From NCBI GenBank assembly GCA_017465405.1, contig JAFTWG010000008.1, positions 13,304 to 77,303 of the forward strand: a stretch of DNA of 64,000 bases, given 5' to 3'. Source of the stretch: Alphaproteobacteria bacterium (GTDB taxonomy: Bacteria; Pseudomonadota; Alphaproteobacteria; RF32; CAG-239). A model generated the notes under the pieces. It was not told the DNA's origin. It worked only from the letters and a program-made list of their open reading frames with translations, and ran no database searches. The position numbers and the translations under genes were made by a program. Below are positions 38,420-48,728 of this stretch, one piece after another. The stretch's first letter is position 1. Each line of letters starts with the position of its first letter.

Positions 38420-38641
38420 TCATTTAAATATCATTTTTATAATTTTATTATAAGAATTAGTCATTTGTTGAACATCATCAAGCTTTTTTTCTGCATCTTC
38501 CACCACAGATAAAAGTTCATCAAGACTTGCTTCTTCTTCAATAAAGGGCTTTTTATCCTCTTTGCTCACATCAATATCACCACATATTTTTCGCAATGTG
38601 TTTTGATATGAACTAAAGTCGTTTAACAGTTTGTTTTTCAT
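38420..38641 (-). CDS. Hypothetical 73-aa acidic protein
   Basis: This ORF lies downstream of mrr on the same strand. I recognise no motifs. Confidence 0.4.
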   Translation of the reverse strand: MKNKLLNDFSSYQNTLRKICGDIDVSKEDKKPFIEEEASLDELLSVVEDAEKKLDDVQQMTNSYNKIIKMIFK

Positions 38642-38705
38642 ATTCCCCCATAATCATCAAAATAACTTTTATCAGATTCCTTTCATTGTGGCAAAAAATA
38701 TTAAT

Positions 38706-39620
38706 CTACATTTCTTCAAAGAAATCTTCATCAATTTTTTGAATATTAATAACTTCTTTAGTTTTGCAACCAACTCCGTATTTAATCATTAGTTGAGTTA
38801 ACTGAGTTCCATCAATGAGAACAATATTTTTAGATGCTTTTTTTACGGTGTTTTTTGCATCAGTTGTAAAGCTAGAAGTTGTAACAAATACCCCCTTAAC
38901 TGCTCTGCACATATCTAAAGCACCAATGAAATTTCTTAAATCCCCCGCAGTAACAGAATGATTATCAGCATAACGCTTGGCTTGTATATATATTTTATCA
39001 ACTCCGAGAACATCTTGGTTAATCACACCATCAATACCATCATCACCAGTTTTACCTGTATGTTCCCAACCTTCATCTGTATTATTACTATACCCCATGG
39101 CCACAAGAAGCTTAATAATAAGATTTTCAAAGAAAGTTGGATTGGCCTTCAAAATTCTTGTAATTAATTCATTAGCCAATGAAGAATTTAGATTTTCTAA
39201 AGATTGATGAATTGCTTCTTCAGGAGATAGCTCATCCAAATCGGAATTTTCAACAATATTATCTGTGTTTTCTTTTGTTCTTTTGCTTCTTTTCTTAAAA
39301 GCATTAAAACTTGGATACTTTTCTAAAGTTTTATTGTTTATATCTTTGGGATTTTTAGACAATAAAGACAATCCTTCTTTGGTGGCTGTAAATAATCCTC
39401 TACCAACTATTTCTAATAGGCCTGCTTGAACTAAGTATGATTTAGCCCAAGATATTCTACCATATAATAATGAACCACCAGATGATGTTTTAATTTTTCT
39501 ATCATCTTCAGATATATTAGCTTCATTTGCTATGTTCTCAATAATGTCAGAAATACTCACAGTTCCTTTTCCTGCAGCCTTTAGTACTGGTAACATAAAA
39601 TATTGGTAATTAGGTATCAT
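38706..39620 (-). CDS. mrr: Mrr-family (type IV, modification-dependent) restriction endonuclease
   Basis: An N-terminal Mrr_N-like winged helix (YFMLPVLKAAG) is followed by the C-terminal catalytic core GDDGIDGV...IYIQAKRY (D...QxK). The ATG at 39620 lies 7 nt after GAGGAG, and that SD overlaps the rsmB stop codon. Confidence 0.85.
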   Translation of the reverse strand: MIPNYQYFMLPVLKAAGKGTVSISDIIENIANEANISEDDRKIKTSSGGSLLYGRISWAKSYLVQAGLLEIVGRGLFTATKEGLSLLSKNPKDINNKTLEKYPSFNAFKKRSKRTKENTDNIVENSDLDELSPEEAIHQSLENLNSSLANELITRILKANPTFFENLIIKLLVAMGYSNNTDEGWEHTGKTGDDGIDGVINQDVLGVDKIYIQAKRYADNHSVTAGDLRNFIGALDMCRAVKGVFVTTSSFTTDAKNTVKKASKNIVLIDGTQLTQLMIKYGVGCKTKEVINIQKIDEDFFEEM

Positions 39621-39631
39621 ATTTAAACTCC

Positions 39632-40843
39632 TCACTTTCTCTCCAAAACTGCGATAAAAAAGCCGTCGGTTCCGGTAGTTAGCGGATTAAATTTAAGGCA
39701 ATTCTTATCAACAAAAGGGTATGGGCTTTCTATTTTTTTATCCCAGATTGTTTGCATATCTATAAGAGAAAACTCTTTGTTTGTGCTCAAAAACTTTGTT
39801 ATTTGTTCGCTGTTTTCTTCTTCTAAAATTGAACAAGTAATATAAACAATTCTTCCGCCTTGTTTTACTTTTTTTGAAGCCAAATCCAACAAAGACGATT
39901 GTATTTCAACAATTTCAAGCAATTTTTTTTCGCTTAGTCTAAACTTTGCATCGGGACTTCTTCTCCAAGTACCGCTACCGGAACAAGGTGCATCAATAAT
40001 AAAACGGTCATAATCCTGCCCTACTTCTGCAGTTTTAACTGTTTTAATGTTGTTTGCTTGCAATCTTTTCATTCTCGGCAAAATCGCTTCTAATCTTCGC
40101 TCATCAACATCGTGAGCTTCTATTTGTCCTTTGTTTTGCATTAAATATGATAAAGTCAAACTCTTACCGCCGGCACCGCAACAATAATCTATGACCTTAT
40201 GCTCCGGTCGTACATCAGCTAAAATTGCGGCAATTTGCGAAGCTTCGTCTTGCGGTTCAATCAACCCGTCTTGAAAAGTAATGCAATTATTGAGATTGAT
40301 ACGTTCTTCTGCTCTAACTCCAATCGGAGAAAAAGGCGTAGAAACAACATCAAATCCTTCATCTTTCATTTTTTTGATTATGGTTTCACGACTTCCGGCA
40401 TTAATTCTAAAATCGGCTGTTGCTTGGCGGTTTAAGCTTTTTGGTAATTCAAAATCTTTTATCTTTTCAAAAAGCCACAGCGGACACTCCGCTTCAACAT
40501 CTTGCGGATATAGTATTTCCGGCAAATTATTAAGCCAATTTATTTCATCATCATCCAAAATCAGCATTCCGTATTGTCCGCCACCAAAAACAACATCAAG
40601 ATTCTTATTTTTTGCCCAAACAATCATTATTTTACGAATATCCGTATCTTGAGCCTCAAATTCAAGACGGCGTCGGTGTCTGATTATATCCCATACATTT
40701 TCGGATATAAAACGTCTGTCTTTTGAACCGATATATCTTCTTTCTCTAAAATATGAGTTCAATATGTTATCAGCCGGTTGTTTATCACTAAAAACCTCTT
40801 TTATAACCTCAAATATGGCCTGATAACGAGCGGATTCTTGCAT
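39632..40843 (-). CDS. rsmB: 16S rRNA (cytosine-C5) methyltransferase, RsmB/Sun family
   Basis: SAM motif VIDYCCGAGGKS, catalytic DAPCSGSGTWRR and ITCS are present, with a NusB-like N-terminal region. Confidence 0.8.
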   Translation of the reverse strand: MQESARYQAIFEVIKEVFSDKQPADNILNSYFRERRYIGSKDRRFISENVWDIIRHRRRLEFEAQDTDIRKIMIVWAKNKNLDVVFGGGQYGMLILDDDEINWLNNLPEILYPQDVEAECPLWLFEKIKDFELPKSLNRQATADFRINAGSRETIIKKMKDEGFDVVSTPFSPIGVRAEERINLNNCITFQDGLIEPQDEASQIAAILADVRPEHKVIDYCCGAGGKSLTLSYLMQNKGQIEAHDVDERRLEAILPRMKRLQANNIKTVKTAEVGQDYDRFIIDAPCSGSGTWRRSPDAKFRLSEKKLLEIVEIQSSLLDLASKKVKQGGRIVYITCSILEEENSEQITKFLSTNKEFSLIDMQTIWDKKIESPYPFVDKNCLKFNPLTTGTDGFFIAVLERK

Positions 40844-41532
40844 TATTCCCCCTTAAATCCAATCGCAACCAAATATTCTTCCGGAGAAGTTTTTCTACTG
40901 GCATCAGGCTTAAAATGTGCAACTTTAGCAAAATTTTTCTTTATTTGAGCCAAAAATTCGGCTTCGGCTCCACCCTTAAATACTTTTGCAATAAAAATTC
41001 CTCCTTCAGCCAAAACATCTTTAGCAAAATCGTATGCCAGTTCAACCAATGCTATAGTGCGTAAATGGTCTGTTTGTTGATGTCCGGTCGTGTTTGCAGC
41101 CATATCACTCATTACAATATCCGCTTTGCCGTTTAATAAAGCTTTTAGTTTGTCTGCGGCATCATCGGTTGTAAAGTCTTGCTGAATTAATGTAGCTCCG
41201 ACTATCGGTTCTGTCGGCAAAATATCAAGTCCGACAACCTGCCCTGTTCCCTTATTTCTTTGAACGGCGATTTGTGTCCAACCACCGGGGGCGCATCCTA
41301 AATCGACAATAGTTTTTCCTTTGCCTAAAAACTTAAATTTTTCATCTAATTGTATGAGCTTAAAAGCCGCACGAGAACGATAACCAACTCTTTGAGCCTC
41401 CGCAACATACGGGTCATTTAATTGTCTTATCAACCATTTATTGGAAGATTTTTTACGATATTTTCCGGTTTTGAGCTTTACGGTCAAACCACGACGGGCC
41501 ATAATCGAATTTGTACTTTTAGTTTGTGCCAT
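40843..41532 (-). CDS. rlmE: 23S rRNA 2'-O-ribose methyltransferase RlmE (FtsJ)
   Basis: WLIRQLNDPYV, SRAAFKLIQLDEKF, VVDLGCAPGGW and VMSDMA are present. The ATG at 41532 lies 7 nt after GGAG. Confidence 0.88.
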   Translation of the reverse strand: MAQTKSTNSIMARRGLTVKLKTGKYRKKSSNKWLIRQLNDPYVAEAQRVGYRSRAAFKLIQLDEKFKFLGKGKTIVDLGCAPGGWTQIAVQRNKGTGQVVGLDILPTEPIVGATLIQQDFTTDDAADKLKALLNGKADIVMSDMAANTTGHQQTDHLRTIALVELAYDFAKDVLAEGGIFIAKVFKGGAEAEFLAQIKKNFAKVAHFKPDASRKTSPEEYLVAIGFKGE

Positions 41533-42460
41533 TTTGCAACTCCATAACAATACCGTCAACTGCGCTCTTTAGTGATGCGGTCATTTCTTTAGCACCCAAA
41601 TCTTTGTATATTTGTGAAAAAATAACACCGGCCGCATTAAATATATCTGCCCGAGACGGACCGACACAAGAATGATGTAATCTTTCATCAAACGGCATTT
41701 TTCTAACTTTTTCAATAGCCTTATCAAATTCTGCAGTTTTGATTTTGAGTCCGTCAGCACGGTTACGATCATATTTTTCCCAACCATTTGCCAAATGAGC
41801 CAAACGAAGCGGTGTACTTGAGGTTGCCACAAAACAAACATCATCAATAATCTCATTTAATTTTGTTTCTTGTGCAAATTTTTTACTGTAGCTTGAAATT
41901 TCATTTGCTAAATTTTGAGCTTTTGTTTCATCAAAATCATTAAGTTCGAATTTTTCGGCAGAATTTCTGGCACCCCACGGAATCGATATCGTATGTAAAA
42001 TTTTAGGATTTTCTTCTCTCGTGGCTAAGGTAATTTCGGTTGAACCTCCACCTAAATCATAGACCACAACATATTTTGCTTTTTCCTCTTTTGCATTGAG
42101 CATCGCACCTTTCAAATTGAGCATTGCTTCTTCGTAACCGTCGATAACTTCTAACTTAATATTAGCTTGACGAGCTATCATATTCACAAAATCTGCACCG
42201 TTTTCAGCCATACGGCAAGCCGCCGTTGCAATAGCACGATATTTTGCAACATTGTGCTTATCCATTTGCATTTTGAAAGTACAAAAACACTCAATTCCAC
42301 GTTTTATTGCTTCGTCGGTAAAACGATTTTGGGCTGACATTCCTTCCCCCATACGTGTAGAAATGGCATTTTTATAAAGAGTCTTACCTTGGTTATCAAC
42401 AATCAGTAAACGGCAAGAATTTGTTCCTAAATCAATTGCTGCTACGTTTTGTGTAGTCAT
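41519..42460 (-). CDS. Ppx/GppA-family phosphatase (short form, paralog 2)
   Basis: AAIDLGTNSCRLL and YDLGGGSTE (ASKHA fold) are present. The ATG at 42460 follows AGAGGA. Confidence 0.8.
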   Translation of the reverse strand: MTTQNVAAIDLGTNSCRLLIVDNQGKTLYKNAISTRMGEGMSAQNRFTDEAIKRGIECFCTFKMQMDKHNVAKYRAIATAACRMAENGADFVNMIARQANIKLEVIDGYEEAMLNLKGAMLNAKEEKAKYVVVYDLGGGSTEITLATREENPKILHTISIPWGARNSAEKFELNDFDETKAQNLANEISSYSKKFAQETKLNEIIDDVCFVATSSTPLRLAHLANGWEKYDRNRADGLKIKTAEFDKAIEKVRKMPFDERLHHSCVGPSRADIFNAAGVIFSQIYKDLGAKEMTASLKSAVDGIVMELQNGTN

Positions 42461-43526
42461 GCTTATTATTCCTCTTGTTACGACGATTATAAAAATTACG
42501 GTGACGAGGCTTATGCGAAACATTATGCATCATATCAAGCAAAATTCCCTCTCTTATTCCTCTATCGGCAACCGTTATTTCCGATACCGGCCAAAACGAG
42601 CAAATTCCCTCAATAATTGCACATCCGGCCATTGTCAAATCAGCTTTTAACGGACCGATACAAGGGTGTTTTTTTCGTCCTTCAGTCCCCATTCTCCTGA
42701 TTTTAGTGATAGAACGTGCCAAATCTTCTTTAGTAATTGAAATTCCATCTACCGCAGAACGATTATATCTAGATAAATTAAGCTGAATAGCCCCTAAAAC
42801 CGTAACAGTTCCGGAGGTTCCGATAACTTGAATTTCTTGATTCTGAATGGCCTCAAATATATGATGTTTTTCTTCAAAGGTTTCCAAAATTTTGTGAGTG
42901 CGCTCAATAATAGTGTTATATGCCAAATTGGTCATATCTTTATTCGGAAATGCCTCCGACACCGTAACCACACCATAGGGCAATGATACATAACCTTCAA
43001 TAAATGTTTTCCCGCTGTTTGTTACTCTGGCTAAAGATATTTCGGTTGAACCGCCGCCGATATCAAAAACCAGCACTCGTTTAAGGTTTCTGTTTAACAA
43101 TGGAACACAGCCGACAACGGCTAAACGAGCTTCTTCTTGAGAAGATATAATCTCGATATTAAGTCCGGTTTGTTTTTTTACTTCTGCTAAAAACTCTTTA
43201 CAGTTATCAGCTCTGCGACAAGCCGCCGTCGCTACAAAACGAGAGCGATATATCGGCGCATATTCATTAATAACTTCAGAGCAAATTTTTAGTGCTCGAA
43301 TTGTTCGTCTGGTTGCATCTTTGCTTAAACGATTGTCATTTATGATTCCTTCGCCCAAACGAGTTATACGAGAAAAAGTTTCAATTACACGAAAAGACGT
43401 AGGTGTCGGTGTGGCAATTACCAACCGACACGAATTTGTCCCTAAATCTATTGCTGCATATGTTCGAGTTATTTCTTCATTTTTTCGCAGCTTGTCATAC
43501 TTTTGCATTATTCTTTTATCGTTCAT
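42432..43526 (-). CDS. Ppx/GppA-family phosphatase (short form, paralog 1, basic C-terminal tail)
   Basis: AAIDLGTNSCRLV and FDIGGGSTE are present. The C-terminal K/R/N-rich tail overlaps the start of the next paralog by 29 nt. Confidence 0.8.
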   Translation of the reverse strand: MNDKRIMQKYDKLRKNEEITRTYAAIDLGTNSCRLVIATPTPTSFRVIETFSRITRLGEGIINDNRLSKDATRRTIRALKICSEVINEYAPIYRSRFVATAACRRADNCKEFLAEVKKQTGLNIEIISSQEEARLAVVGCVPLLNRNLKRVLVFDIGGGSTEISLARVTNSGKTFIEGYVSLPYGVVTVSEAFPNKDMTNLAYNTIIERTHKILETFEEKHHIFEAIQNQEIQVIGTSGTVTVLGAIQLNLSRYNRSAVDGISITKEDLARSITKIRRMGTEGRKKHPCIGPLKADLTMAGCAIIEGICSFWPVSEITVADRGIREGILLDMMHNVSHKPRHRNFYNRRNKRNNKHDYTKRSSN

Positions 43527-43597
43527 TTTGCACAAAAATCTATTTTTTGCCTATTGTGAACGATTTTAACAATTAGAGCAAGCATTTTTTATATAAT

Positions 43598-44716
<1,119 letters not shown>

Positions 44717-44800
44717 TTATTCACTATGGAACGGAGTATGCCATATAAGAAGTTACAAAAAGATTAATAAAAATAAAAAAATTTCGGCTATTTTTTGTTT

Positions 44801-44834
44801 AAAATAAAAATAAGCGTCCTTTTTATGGGACGCT
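44801..44834 (-). terminator. rho-independent terminator of the 89-aa GC-rich gene
   Basis: On the minus strand the stem is AGCGTCC / GGACGCT, followed by TATTTTTATTTT. Confidence 0.65.
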
Positions 44835-44863
44835 TTAGAATTAAAAACCTTGGAAGACGAGGA

Positions 44864-45133
44864 TTATGAGGCCATAGCGAGTGCAAGCTTTGCTCTGCGG
44901 GCTCTGTCGCGCTCAAGAGTTCTTCTCTTCTCAGATGAACGGGACTTGCTGACCACCTTCACGCTTCCATCTGCAGCAAATGAGCAAGTTACCTTACCGA
45001 CCTTGTTACCTGTCAACTTGTTACGGAGCTCGTCGGATACACCATGTGCAGTTACATACTTAGTAATCGTCTCTACTGCTGCTGTTGTAAACAGGTGCCA
45101 CTCATTTGCGAGGTTTTTTGCTTTCTGTATCAT
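44864..45133 (-). CDS. Hypothetical 89-aa protein with strongly basic C-terminus, in a G+C-rich SD-less single-gene unit
   Basis: The ORF has about 48% G+C by my hand count (129 of 270). The C-terminal segment is SKSRSSEKRRTLERDRARRAKLA. It has its own terminator. I recognise no family. Confidence 0.65.
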   Translation of the reverse strand: MIQKAKNLANEWHLFTTAAVETITKYVTAHGVSDELRNKLTGNKVGKVTCSFAADGSVKVVSKSRSSEKRRTLERDRARRAKLALAMAS

Positions 45134-45244
45134 ATCTTTTAAGATTTAATGGTTTATAAAAATATCTAATGTAATCTCTTAACATTATTGGTTATCTCAC
45201 ATTTTTAGACAAAAGTCAATGGTTTTTTGTAAATTTTTTGGCGA

Positions 45245-45874
45245 TTACTTGATATTTTTCATAACTTCTTGAATTGGCTTATAACTTTTTCGGTGTTCCG
45301 GTGTAATTCCATATTGTTTTAAGCCTTCTATATGGGCTTTTGTACCATATCCGGCATTTTTTTCAAAGCCATAATGAGGATATTTTTGCGCCAATTCTTT
45401 CATGATTCGGTCACGATAAACCTTAGCCACGATTGAAGCGGCAGAAATAGACAAAGATTTAGCATCTCCTTTTATTACATATTGAGCCGGACAAACAAAA
45501 TTATTCGGAACACGATTTCCATCAATAATAGCAATATCCGGTTTCTGTGGTAAGTTTTCAGTGGCTCTCTTCATTGCTAAAAAAGTTGCCTGTAAAATAT
45601 TGAGATTGTCAATTTCTTCACAACTTGCTTGTCCAATCCCTATATATAGCTTTCCTTTTTGCTGTTCAGAAAAAAGTTCTTCAAAAAGCAATTCTCTTTT
45701 CTTTTCTGAAAGTTTTTTAGAATCATCTAAACCATTTAGCAATATTGGAGATAGATTTTTATCCATGACAATAACCGCACCGGCAACAACAGGACCGGCC
45801 CATGGTCCTCTTCCTGCCTCATCAATACCAGCAACTAAACCGTTAAATGAATTTTCAATTTCAAAATCAGGCAT
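45245..45874 (-). CDS. rnhB: Ribonuclease HII
   Basis: AGIDEAGRGPWAGPVV and DDSKKL are present, along with the DAKS context. Confidence 0.93.
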   Translation of the reverse strand: MPDFEIENSFNGLVAGIDEAGRGPWAGPVVAGAVIVMDKNLSPILLNGLDDSKKLSEKKRELLFEELFSEQQKGKLYIGIGQASCEEIDNLNILQATFLAMKRATENLPQKPDIAIIDGNRVPNNFVCPAQYVIKGDAKSLSISAASIVAKVYRDRIMKELAQKYPHYGFEKNAGYGTKAHIEGLKQYGITPEHRKSYKPIQEVMKNIK

Positions 45875-45934
45875 TTGTTTTTCTTTCTTTAATACTTTGT
45901 TTTGTTTCTTAACTTAACATATATATTTAGTCAA

Positions 45935-45966
45935 TAAAAAAGCCCCTCGAAAGAGAGGCTTTTTTG
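45935..45966. terminator. Bidirectional rho-independent terminator
   Basis: The stem is AGCCCCTC / GAGAGGCT (one mismatch) with loop GAAA, an A-run before and a T-run after. Confidence 0.6.
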
Positions 45967-45977
45967 AAACATACTAT

Positions 45978-46199
45978 TTATTTTGTCATATCTTGATTAT
46001 TATAGTTGTTTTTTATTACCTCTGAAAAACGAGAAGAAGCATTGCTTACGTTTGTAGCGCCGCTTTCTGCCGAAGATGTAGCTGATGACAACATATTGAC
46101 AGTTTTATAATAAACTGCTTTTGGAGGAAGACCATAACCGAACCATGCAACAGCTAAAATAATTCCTACTATTCCTAACAAGCTTATAACCAATTTCAT
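45978..46199 (-). CDS. Hypothetical membrane-anchored 73-aa protein
   Basis: A single N-terminal TM helix (LVISLLGIVGIILAVAWFGYG) is followed by an S/N-rich tail. Confidence 0.45.
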   Translation of the reverse strand: MKLVISLLGIVGIILAVAWFGYGLPPKAVYYKTVNMLSSATSSAESGATNVSNASSRFSEVIKNNYNNQDMTK

Positions 46200-46210
46200 A
46201 AATTTTCTCC

Positions 46211-47701
46211 TTAAGAAGTTAAATTTGCTTTATATTTAGTTCGCAATGCAGAATCATATATATTGGCTGCTTTCCTAATCAACCTATCCCCCATTCCGAA
46301 CTTCATTCCCAACATATCTTTTGCACTTAATTTTCTATCAATATAATATTGTGCTTTATCAATAATATTTTCTTGAACATCTTTATTTACAGGAATATCA
46401 ATTTTTATATATTTATCAAGTTTTACCATTTTATGACGCTGTGTAAACGGATTATATACCCAAAAACTATATAACATTGAGCGCATTTGCAGATATTCTT
46501 TTCTTTTCTCGTCTATCCCTTTAGCAACTGAACAGTGACTTTGAAGAGACGGCAAACGATGAACAAAACGTTTGAGATGTTCGTGTAAATGATTTTCAGT
46601 CCAATGTTTTAATTTTGCATTAGTAACAAAATCTAAATTTAGCAAAAGTTTATTTCTTTCATTTTCACTTCTTGAATCTAAAATTGCAAAACAGGGTTCT
46701 TTTTCAAGAAGTTTTTCCCAATCATGGTCTACCCAATATTGATTGATTCTATCGATAGTTACGGCTAAATATGAAGAACGCTCATCTTCCACCTGAATAA
46801 AATACATATCAGGAGCCAACAAAGCCTTTGAATTGTTTTTAAGGCATCTGTTTTCAATCAACAATTTATTTCTTAAATGATGAAATTCGTGAATAAATAT
46901 TCCTCTATAATCGGTTCTGCTTTTTCGAAGTTCTCTATATTTTCGGCACAAAGCTCCAACAACAAGCTGTTGTTTTTTATCTTTAAACAGTTTTTTTAGC
47001 ACATCTTCAAAAATCTCATCTTCAGGTTTATCAATCTTAAACCAAGAATTTTTACGTGCTAATTTTTCCCGTTTAAACTCATACTCAAATTTTTTAATAT
47101 TTGCCCAGTCATCATTGTGAAATATATAGCAATTTTCACCGATAATTAATTCCTTACCATTAAACGCACTTTTAACTGCGTCTTTACTTCCGGGAATTAC
47201 ATCAACCTTATATGTAATGTCATTCCACTTAATAAAATGTTGAATAACAGAACGCACAATCGAAATACCTGTGCGTTTCAACAGTTGAGGGACATCTTCA
47301 TCTTTTATTTCAAGAGCATCGGTCAGCAGTCCTGACAATTCTCGGGGAGCAGGATGTAAAAAGCCGTTTTTAAAATTATTGGGGTCAATTTCGGTAATAT
47401 TTCTATCACTGTCAAGTTGCTCTCGATTGGTTTCTGTTTCAATAAAAAACATCAACTCTTGAGTTGCCTTATAGTCAACAACTTCATCTAAAATACCAAA
47501 TTTTTTAAGAACATTTATATCTAAAGAATTTTTTTCGGCATATTGTTCTATCGTGAAACGAGATATCTTTTTCATCGTTTCATAAGCATTGCATCGTCCA
47601 TAATCGGCAAAAGTCAGCTGAGCAAGCAAAAGTTTTATGTCTTCACTGACATATCCTTTTACCACAAAGAAACTGCCATTTTTACCTGCAACAATATCCA
47701 T
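46211..47701 (-). CDS. Hypothetical 496-aa protein with HExxH (HEFHH) motif: putative zinc metallopeptidase-like protein
   Basis: IFIHEFHHL is encoded at 46877-46891 (minus strand). I prefer the ATG at 47701, directly after GGGGGTGG. It has no signal peptide and I recognise no family. Confidence 0.5.
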   Translation of the reverse strand: MDIVAGKNGSFFVVKGYVSEDIKLLLAQLTFADYGRCNAYETMKKISRFTIEQYAEKNSLDINVLKKFGILDEVVDYKATQELMFFIETETNREQLDSDRNITEIDPNNFKNGFLHPAPRELSGLLTDALEIKDEDVPQLLKRTGISIVRSVIQHFIKWNDITYKVDVIPGSKDAVKSAFNGKELIIGENCYIFHNDDWANIKKFEYEFKREKLARKNSWFKIDKPEDEIFEDVLKKLFKDKKQQLVVGALCRKYRELRKSRTDYRGIFIHEFHHLRNKLLIENRCLKNNSKALLAPDMYFIQVEDERSSYLAVTIDRINQYWVDHDWEKLLEKEPCFAILDSRSENERNKLLLNLDFVTNAKLKHWTENHLHEHLKRFVHRLPSLQSHCSVAKGIDEKRKEYLQMRSMLYSFWVYNPFTQRHKMVKLDKYIKIDIPVNKDVQENIIDKAQYYIDRKLSAKDMLGMKFGMGDRLIRKAANIYDSALRTKYKANLTS

Positions 47702-47872
47702 ATCCACCCCCAATTTATTTAATTCTATATAATAAATATAAAAAATGCAATATTTTTCGGTATTTAAATATTTTTTATTACAAAATCGAAACAATACCTC
47801 ATAAAAACAGACAAAAAACATTGTTTTTTTATATTTTTTTGTGTTATTATAATACCGAATAAACTAATAATT

Positions 47873-48676
47873 ATGGCTAAATTAAAAGATTTTCATTATG
47901 CGCAAATCGTACATGATACGTTATGTGCAAAGACAGATTGTATGGAAAAAGACGGAAAAATCTGCATGTGCCGATATATTGTCTGTATTGATGACGATGT
48001 AACATCGGCTATCTACGCATCTAAAATTTCCACACTTCACAAAAAAACTTACGGCTATACTCCCGTAATTTTATGTGTTGGCGGAAAAGGACTGATGAGC
48101 AGATGGACACATAACATGAGCGAAGGTGCTTATCTTGCTTATTGTTGCCACAAGATGGGAATTCCTCAAAACGGAACAAAGGTTCTCGACAAGGGAAAAA
48201 ACACCGGAGACAACATTAAAGCAATCTCTAAGCAAGTCGGAGATTCGAAAGGCACCGTTCTTTTTGTGGTTACAAAAAGATTGTCACTCCGCTTAAACCT
48301 CTCAATGCAAAAGCAAGCACCGGACATTAATGCTCGTTATTTTGTTATTGATGAGAATGTGTTTGAAGCATGCAAATGGTATAACGGAAAAAGATTGGGC
48401 GGTGGAGAAATGATGCTTCACGAACTTGCATCTATTCTCAATCGATGCGATGCTTATTCCGGCACGTTTCAAGTTCCCGTACCTTTTGAAGTTTCTTCTG
48501 AAGTCAGAGAAGCTGCCGATTATTTGGCAAATAATTACAGGCTCAAGCTTCCGAAGAAAAACTTCCGCTCCGTACTGCAATTTATCCGCTTGCTTATCGC
48601 TATTAAGCGAAACAAAGTAAGAATGCATGAAGAGCTTATCCAAACAATCAAATTTGAGAAGTATCGTCCTTTATAA
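47873..48676 (+). CDS. DUF218 (YdcF/ElyC-like) domain protein
   Basis: ILCVGGKG ... GKNTGDNI ... LFVVTKRLSLR resembles the G-x-NT-x-(E/D)N core pattern of DUF218 proteins. The assignment is by eye only. Confidence 0.5.
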   Translation: MAKLKDFHYAQIVHDTLCAKTDCMEKDGKICMCRYIVCIDDDVTSAIYASKISTLHKKTYGYTPVILCVGGKGLMSRWTHNMSEGAYLAYCCHKMGIPQNGTKVLDKGKNTGDNIKAISKQVGDSKGTVLFVVTKRLSLRLNLSMQKQAPDINARYFVIDENVFEACKWYNGKRLGGGEMMLHELASILNRCDAYSGTFQVPVPFEVSSEVREAADYLANNYRLKLPKKNFRSVLQFIRLLIAIKRNKVRMHEELIQTIKFEKYRPL

Positions 48677-48692
48677 AAGGATGCTCTGAAAA

Positions 48693-48728
48693 AACAAAAG
48701 GCATTGAAAACTCAATGCCTTTTGTTTT
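48693..48728. terminator. Bidirectional rho-independent terminator between convergent genes
   Basis: The stem is GGCATTGA / TCAATGCC with loop AAAC, flanked by an A-rich run and TTTTGTTTT. Confidence 0.75.
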
